Virus record (IMG/VR): IMGVR_UViG_3300045988_001093 | Span: 1 to 6,345 of that record | Length of the DNA stretch: 6,345 nucleotides | From: a virus | Direction: 5' to 3' (one strand) | In this document: positions 1 to 3,418 of the stretch, piece by piece | Position numbering within the stretch: the stretch's first letter is position 1 | How the letters are laid out: each line of letters starts with the position of its first letter | Translations under genes and position numbers: made by a program | Notes under the pieces: generated by a model | The model's input: the letters and a program-made list of their open reading frames with translations, nothing else | Database searches by the model: none | What the model was told of the DNA's origin: nothing

Positions 1-55
1 CCAACATCATCAAAAGAATCCGAAGCCTGAGCAAGAGCAAGAGCATTAGATATGA
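1..55. repeat. Terminal direct repeat, copy 1 (circular-contig assembly overlap)
   Basis: Bases 1-55 (ccaacatcatcaaaagaatccgaagcctgagcaagagcaagagcattagatatga) are identical to 6291-6345. The repeat lies inside the capsid reading frame, which stays in frame across the junction. Confidence 0.95.
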
Positions 56-416
56 ACTGCAAAGAAGTATTAGGAACAGAGGTAAGAGACTCAGAATTCT
101 TACTAGCAGAAGCAGCAGAAGTCATATAGTCCGTCATCTGAGTAAATGCTTGCGGAAGCGCACGAGAAATCAAGCGTAACGGCACAGCGTAGAAATCGTA
201 ATACTCTTTAATACGGGTATAAGCAGCTGTATTAACCGGAACAGTACGAGTAAACCAATCAGAAGAAATACGATAACTACTTCCTGGAATAGCAATTTGC
301 CAATAGCAGGGCAAAATCTCACCAACTTTAGCAGTAAAAAGTTTTTTAGAACTCAAATCAAAAGACGAGCGATGAGTATTAATTCGCGCTCGGTCAAGGG
401 GATTAAAATCACTCAT
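1..416 (-). CDS. VP1: Major capsid protein VP1/F, N-terminal part (codons 1-138 plus 2 nt). It continues across the circular junction into 6290..4985.
   Basis: This ORF is absent from the supplied track because it has no in-window stop. Hand translation from the ATG at 416-414 gives MSDFNPLDRARINTHRSSFDLSSKKLFTAKVGEILPCYWQIAIPGSSYRISSDWFTRTVPVNTAAYTRIKEYYDFYAVPLRLISRALPQAFTQMTDYMTSAASASKNSESLTSVPNTSLQFISNALALAQASDSFDDV, with no stop down to base 1. 416 nt + 1306 nt (6290..4985) = 1722 nt = 574 codons, so it joins the 4985..6253 ORF in frame. The FDLS...FTA..G.L.P....PG...R..P....R....F..VP.RL pattern is the familiar N-terminus of Microviridae capsid proteins (recognised from memory). Confidence 0.88.
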   Translation of the reverse strand, partial: MSDFNPLDRARINTHRSSFDLSSKKLFTAKVGEILPCYWQIAIPGSSYRISSDWFTRTVPVNTAAYTRIKEYYDFYAVPLRLISRALPQAFTQMTDYMTSAASASKNSESLTSVPNTSLQFISNALALAQASDSFDDV

Positions 417-432
417 AATCAATTAAATTAAA

Positions 433-2112
433 TTAGACCATACGGTTAAATATATTATTAGAATCATTAAGCTTCTTATGTTTAATCATATCACGACAGA
501 ATGTCGCACTACGGTACCGGAGCTGGTCAAGAAGCTGAATCGTCTCACATGAAACATTCGACAAGACATCCGTCTCGCACCCGCTCTGAGGCAACGCAAA
601 CATACAATCTGATATAAACGGGTTTTTGGCTCGAAGATTGAATGCATCTCGTAGATTTTCATAATCTTTTTTCTTTTCATAATCTATACCTGTTTTAATG
701 ATAAAACTAATGCGACCGGAATAAGCACTAATATCAGAGCCGAAGAGAGGGAGATGCCAATTACGGAAGAATTTATAGACATATAAGAACAACCTATATA
801 ACTTATTAATAAAAGATTCAATATCGACATTACTAGAACAGTTAACAAACCTAGTAAGACACCGAGAAGCATGTAATATAATTTTGTCATCATCAGTAAG
901 AATAGAATTAACCTCGAGATAATTATAATAGGCACGAACAAGACTCAAAATTGAGTCTTGTTTGTAATCAACGAATCCGAACTTAGCAATTCTCTGCGGT
1001 GTTCGGTGAACAGCGAGAAGAATTCGAGCAATCGAAGTAGCATCGTCATTGCGAGCAGACGAGAACCGCGGCAATAAGGTACGGATATACGACAAGGGTG
1101 GAGTGGAGCGAACACTAACGCCAGCGAAGTTGTAGATTCTTCCATTAACGACAGAATCGATTTTTTTTTCAATTTGCGCATAAGGGTCTTCGTCTTCCAC
1201 GAAAGAGCAACCCTTCTCAAAGAATCCGACAGATGCTCTAGATTTGGGTCTAAATGCGCGGCATGTTCTATATAATAAGGGAGCAGAGCACAAGCTATTA
1301 ACGTAGCTCGCAACGTATGAACAAGCTCCACCAGCGGAACGTTGGAAATCTGAACGACCGAGTTTCCAACTCTTATCGTGACAGTGTCGTAAAACTTGGG
1401 CGACTTCGTCCGAGTTTGTGAATAATAAGAGATGATAATGCGGGCGGAAATGTACGGGTCCGTACTCACCCACAGCGTAGAAATGTAACGTTTCATAAGA
1501 ACCTAAACTTTGGAATAAATGTTTACGTAAACGTTTGATATAATTCTGGATATCAACGTAATTTAAGAAGGGAATAAGATTATCACGACCATATTGTGCA
1601 GAAGCGGGATAATCCGTTTTATCAACAGCCTGCGTCTTACTGATAAAACCACGAATAGCATCCATACTAAGAAACCAATTATCCTTAACAGGTACATATT
1701 CCTTAATTTCACGGTCAAACGGCACAGTGCCTTGAACCTGTTCGAAGAATATATGACGCAAGACGGAGTTATCATCACATTGATACTCGGAAACAGGGAT
1801 ATATCGATGATACTCATTGCCAAAATGGATATCTCCCGAAATGCCTAAAGCATCCTCATAATCACTATGGAGAACCTTACAAGACATAAGAGGAATATGG
1901 ACATTGTCATACGTAAGAGTAACAAAATAAGAATACTTGAAAGCACTTCCAGCGGTCTTCACGCGCATGGACGCTTTTTTAGCTTTCTTATGGATACAGT
2001 AATCACATTGACCGCAATCTACAGCAATACGCGCACCAGTGTATTTATTCGTAATAAACGAACGATGTTGACAATGGTCAACAGCTTTAAACAAATCAGG
2101 AGAAAATTTCAT
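433..2112 (-). CDS. VP4: Replication initiation protein VP4 (HUH rolling-circle endonuclease, phiX174 gpA-like), 559 aa
   Basis: The ORF track protein carries all hallmark motifs. These are an N-terminal CGQCDYC zinc-finger-like box, motif I FVTLTY (nt 1909-1926), the KRLRK helix followed by FYAVGEYG, motif II HYHLLLF (HYH = nt 1432-1440), and the tyrosine motif YVASYV (nt 1303-1317). The ATG at 2112 lies 2 nt after the upstream stop. The TAA at 433-435 lies 16 nt before the VP1 ATG. Confidence 0.95.
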   Translation of the reverse strand: MKFSPDLFKAVDHCQHRSFITNKYTGARIAVDCGQCDYCIHKKAKKASMRVKTAGSAFKYSYFVTLTYDNVHIPLMSCKVLHSDYEDALGISGDIHFGNEYHRYIPVSEYQCDDNSVLRHIFFEQVQGTVPFDREIKEYVPVKDNWFLSMDAIRGFISKTQAVDKTDYPASAQYGRDNLIPFLNYVDIQNYIKRLRKHLFQSLGSYETLHFYAVGEYGPVHFRPHYHLLLFTNSDEVAQVLRHCHDKSWKLGRSDFQRSAGGACSYVASYVNSLCSAPLLYRTCRAFRPKSRASVGFFEKGCSFVEDEDPYAQIEKKIDSVVNGRIYNFAGVSVRSTPPLSYIRTLLPRFSSARNDDATSIARILLAVHRTPQRIAKFGFVDYKQDSILSLVRAYYNYLEVNSILTDDDKIILHASRCLTRFVNCSSNVDIESFINKLYRLFLYVYKFFRNWHLPLFGSDISAYSGRISFIIKTGIDYEKKKDYENLRDAFNLRAKNPFISDCMFALPQSGCETDVLSNVSCETIQLLDQLRYRSATFCRDMIKHKKLNDSNNIFNRMV

Positions 2113-2114
2113 AA

Positions 2115-2423
2115 TTACTTGCGTTTATCAATCACTTGGTGACGATTCCGTTTACCAAATGAAATATGAATAAATGCAGGATACAATATCAGTTGGTCAA
2201 ATACATGAACATTATCCGAGTAACTATGAATATGCTCAAGCAACCGACCATAAGTAGTAGAGCCATAAGGCTTAATATCAATAGCCTCTCCAAACAAATG
2301 CTGAGAATTAGGAACACCACCAGCAGCCTTATTGTCAGCAATGGAGCGCTTAGCACTTGTTATCGTAAAATGCAAGTTAAAAGATAACAAATGGTCAAGA
2401 AAACCCATAAGAGCACCATTCAT
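2115..2423 (-). CDS. Zinc D,D- or L,D-peptidase, M15 family (Peptidase_M15_3/4-like); putative cell-wall hydrolase / endolysin, 102 aa
   Basis: ITSAKRSIADNKAAGGVPNSQHLFGEAIDI matches the M15 core SGYRS...N...GG...SxHxxGxAxDI, giving candidate zinc ligands H42 and D49. A C-terminal FIHISF supplies a candidate third ligand, H86. The protein is compact and lacks the usual 30 or so N-terminal residues. Its ATG overlaps the stop of the upstream peptide (ATGA at 2420-2423). Confidence 0.78.
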   Translation of the reverse strand: MNGALMGFLDHLLSFNLHFTITSAKRSIADNKAAGGVPNSQHLFGEAIDIKPYGSTTYGRLLEHIHSYSDNVHVFDQLILYPAFIHISFGKRNRHQVIDKRK

Positions 2424-2503
2424 AATCCAATAGCGTTAAGGATGTAACCAAGAGCGGCAGAAACAGCGCCAATCACAATTTTCCAAATATTATTGTTTTT
2501 CAT
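2420..2503 (-). CDS. 27-aa single-pass membrane peptide (MKNNNIWKIVIGAVSAALGYILNAIGL); holin-like candidate
   Basis: This is the ATG-initiated 3' part of the tracked ORF 2420..2698. It has a polar MKNNN head followed by about 22 hydrophobic or small residues. Its TGA stop overlaps the peptidase ATG. The upstream L-rich part of the tracked ORF is the off-frame reading of the 65-aa ORF and is not believed. Confidence 0.45.
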   Translation of the reverse strand: MKNNNIWKIVIGAVSAALGYILNAIGL

Positions 2504-2687
2504 TGCTTTGAGTTTTAAGTTCAACAAAATTATTTTCTTCTCTAATCGGGTCCACAACAACAATAAGACCCAAAGAAGAAATTCGGTCAGAATAAAGTTC
2601 AAGAACATTAAGAGAATCAACAACAAAAGGCGAAACAGCATCGCGACCAGAAGCTTTTTCTTTAACTGAAATAATAAATTTCTGCAT
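2490..2687 (-). CDS. Hypothetical 65-aa protein (MQKFIISVKEKASGRDAVSPFVVDSLNVLELYSDRISSLGLIVVVDPIREENNFVELKTQSNEKQ)
   Basis: It uses the internal ATG of tracked ORF 2490..2768, whose TTG start at 2768 lies inside the predicted promoter. The codons are strongly T-ending (GCT TCT GGT GAT GTT CCT CTT AAT ATT), as in VP1, which supports this frame over the overlapping L-rich frame. It is the first ORF after promoter P2, with a leader of about 45 nt. I recognise no family. Confidence 0.55.
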   Translation of the reverse strand: MQKFIISVKEKASGRDAVSPFVVDSLNVLELYSDRISSLGLIVVVDPIREENNFVELKTQSNEKQ

Positions 2688-2738
2688 AATTGTAACAAAG
2701 TTTAAAACATTAATAATAATTGTAACTTCTACACGATG

Positions 2739-2769
2739 CAAAGGTATGAGTTTTTTTCGTAGTTCCAAA
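2739..2769 (-). promoter_or_regulatory. Bacteroides-type promoter P2 (TTTG-N19-TACCTTTG)
   Basis: The minus strand reads ATTTGGAACTACGAAAAAAACTCATACCTTTGCATCG. The -33 TTTG sits at 2769->2766, followed by exactly 19 nt, then the -7 TAnnTTTG (TACCTTTG) at 2746->2739. This is a perfect match to the published Bacteroides fragilis sigma-AB consensus. It is positioned to drive ORF65, the TM peptide, the M15 peptidase, VP4 and genes beyond. Confidence 0.6.
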
Positions 2770-2922
2770 TAGTTTCTTTAAAAATTGTGGGGAGAGGACC
2801 ATTTATGATAGAGTGTGAGTTGTGCGTTTATGGACAAGAAGACGGAGAAATTGAGATGATAACTCAATTTTGCTTCGCACACAACTAGGGGCTTCGCTTA
2901 ATTAACAAGTGGATGTATACAG

Positions 2923-3111
2923 GGGTGTATAGGCACGGCAAGGCAGGGACTGACTTGCCTTTGCGCACCTGCGTGCTAAAATACCGGAGCGGGGCGCTCC
3001 TATAAGGAAGTCGCTCCGCTCCGTTTTTCGACCAAGCCCTACGCGGGCGGCGGGTGTATATCGCTCAAACGCCGCGATGGGCTTCTAGTCCTGAAGGATG
3101 CTATTACACCC
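2923..3111. other. GC-rich structured island (candidate ssDNA origin element, structured RNA or foreign insertion)
   Basis: By hand count, 2931-3090 has 98/160 G+C (61%) and 3121-3280 has 50/160 (31%). The helices are nested and do not cross:
- P1: 2923-2932 with 3101-3111 (GGGTGTATAG / CTAtTACACCC, 10 bp with one bulge).
- P2: 2938-2945 with 2956-2964.
- P3: 2965-2968 with 2973-2976.
- P4: 2985-3000 with 3006-3023.
- P5: 3034-3053 with 3061-3084.
No long ORF is present on either strand. Confidence 0.6.
2985..3028. terminator. Long GC hairpin with flanking A/T tracts; candidate bidirectional intrinsic terminator (helix P4 of the island)
   Basis: CGGAGCGGGGCGCTCC-TATAA-GGAAGTCGCTCCGCTCCG forms about 16 bp, with 8 contiguous Watson-Crick pairs at the base, one G-T pair and two 1-nt bulges. 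On the plus strand TTTTT follows directly (3024-3028). On the minus strand GTATTTTA follows, and AAAA precedes the hairpin at 2978-2981. The plus orientation is the more canonical one, which is odd because all genes are on the minus strand. Confidence 0.5.
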
Positions 3112-3256
3112 GAGGATAGAGAGAATAACTGTAAGAACAATCCAATAGAGAAGGGGATGTTTGCCATAGATTAATCCATTCAACACAGTTTTCCAATGTT
3201 CCAACCTTTGAAAAAACGACTTTACGTCCAAGTTTGATTCTTAATTCGTAATACAT
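3104..3256 (-). CDS. Possible 50-aa ORF (MYYELRIKLGRKVVFSKVGTLENCVEWINLWQTSPSLLDCSYSYSLYPRV)
   Basis: Hand-translated and below the track length cutoff. The ATG at 3256-3254 sits in a TATTATG context like the other genes, about 30 nt downstream of promoter-like P1. The TAA at 3106-3104 lies in the closing stem of the GC island. Composition is not low-complexity, but the T3 codon bias is weaker than in the sure genes. I recognise no family. Confidence 0.3.
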   Translation of the reverse strand: MYYELRIKLGRKVVFSKVGTLENCVEWINLWQTSPSLLDCSYSYSLYPRV

Positions 3257-3288
3257 AATATATAAGTTTTTGGTTCTTTTCTGTATTA

Positions 3289-3322
3289 CAAAGATACGAA
3301 ATAGTTTGCAAAGTACAACAAA
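3289..3322 (-). promoter_or_regulatory. Bacteroides-type promoter candidate P1 (TTTG-N22-TATCTTTG)
   Basis: The minus strand has a perfect -7 octamer TATCTTTG (3296->3289). The nearest suitably placed TTTG (3322->3319) is 22 nt upstream, one more than the 19-21 consensus spacing. It lies just downstream of the VP2 terminator and upstream of the 50-aa ORF. Confidence 0.4.
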
Positions 3323-3363
3323 GTTGGAGTTAAAGAGTGTTTAGTAAATGTTAATAAATGTAC

Positions 3364-3395
3364 AAAAAAATTTTCCCCCACTTCGTGGGGGAAAG
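3364..3395 (-). terminator. Rho-independent terminator after VP2
   Basis: The minus strand reads C-TTTCCCCCAC-GAA-GTGGGGGAAA-A-TTTTTTT, a perfect 10-bp stem with a 3-nt loop followed by a T7 run. It begins 24 nt after the VP2 stop codon. There is no T-run in the plus orientation, so it is unidirectional. Confidence 0.8.
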
Positions 3396-3418
3396 AGAAT
3401 AGATTTAGAATCCTGAAT

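Noticed and set aside
597-853. Isolated perfect -7-type octamers on the coding strand inside genes: TATGTTTG at 604->597, TAGGTTTG at 853->846, and TAATTTTG at 2532->2525. These could be internal promoters for VP1 or for the lysis genes.
   Set aside because: None has a TTTG at the required 19-21 nt upstream (checked by eye). An 8-mer with two free positions is expected to occur by chance in T-rich coding sequence. The 604->597 site, about 180 nt upstream of VP1, remains a weak candidate late promoter.
945-1496. A 183-aa same-strand ORF embedded in the Rep gene, reminiscent of phiX174 gene B/K inside gene A. Similar embedded ORFs occur at 486..680, 684..941, 1563..1823, 3652..4071 and 5461..5655.
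   Set aside because: All six lie in the same relative frame (+1) of VP4, VP2 or VP1. The real genes use strongly T-ending codons, which depletes TAA/TAG/TGA in the +1 frame, so long open +1 stretches are expected compositionally. The predicted proteins are L/S/R-rich with no recognisable motifs. Synonymous-constraint analysis across relatives could rescue the 183-aa ORF.
1594-2387. Plus-strand ORFs antisense to Rep and the peptidase (1594..1848, 1867..2142, 2166..2387), and likewise 4316..4504 and 4819..5040 antisense to VP2 and the 147-aa gene.
   Set aside because: They are antisense to well-supported genes in a virus family that transcribes a single strand. They have no promoter or initiation signals, and their sequences are low-complexity and I/L/N/R/S-rich, as expected from reverse-frame reading of T3-biased codons.
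2420-2768. The full-length 92-aa versions of the two overlapping tracked ORFs (2420..2698 and 2490..2768).
   Set aside because: The 2490..2768 version starts at a TTG located inside the predicted promoter (-33 box at 2766-2769), so I use the ATG at 2687. The upstream two thirds of 2420..2698 is an L-rich off-frame reading of the 65-aa ORF. Only its last 27 codons, from the ATG at 2503, look like a real product.
2911-2972. A possible Xer/dif-like attachment site. TGTATA equals the E. coli dif central hexamer, and GGTGCGCA (minus strand, 2969->2962) resembles the XerC arm. This is attractive because some Bacteroidota microviruses occur as integrase-less prophages.
   Set aside because: The pieces are about 30 nt apart, lie on opposite strands, and are not arranged as an 11-6-11 dif site. 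I do not know the Bacteroidota dif consensus well enough to score it. It is worth only a computational comparison with host dif sites and prophage junctions.
2872-3085. Short direct repeats GCTTCGC (2872-2878 and 2891-2897) and GGGCTTC (2889-2895 and 3079-3085), considered as possible target-site duplications of an inserted element.
   Set aside because: They do not abut the inverted-repeat ends of the island (2923 and 3111), and 7-mers can recur by chance in a GC-rich patch. This is not convincing evidence of transposition.
2880-3120. A tRNA, tmRNA or small self-cleaving ribozyme in the GC island.
   Set aside because: There is no T-loop (GGTTCGAATCC-like) or cloverleaf arrangement. There is no hammerhead CUGAnGA...GAAA core on either strand; the plus strand has only CUGAAGG and CUGACUU, and the minus strand has GUCGAAAAAC without the partner box. 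I recognise no other ribozyme or riboswitch core by eye. An Rfam scan is still needed.
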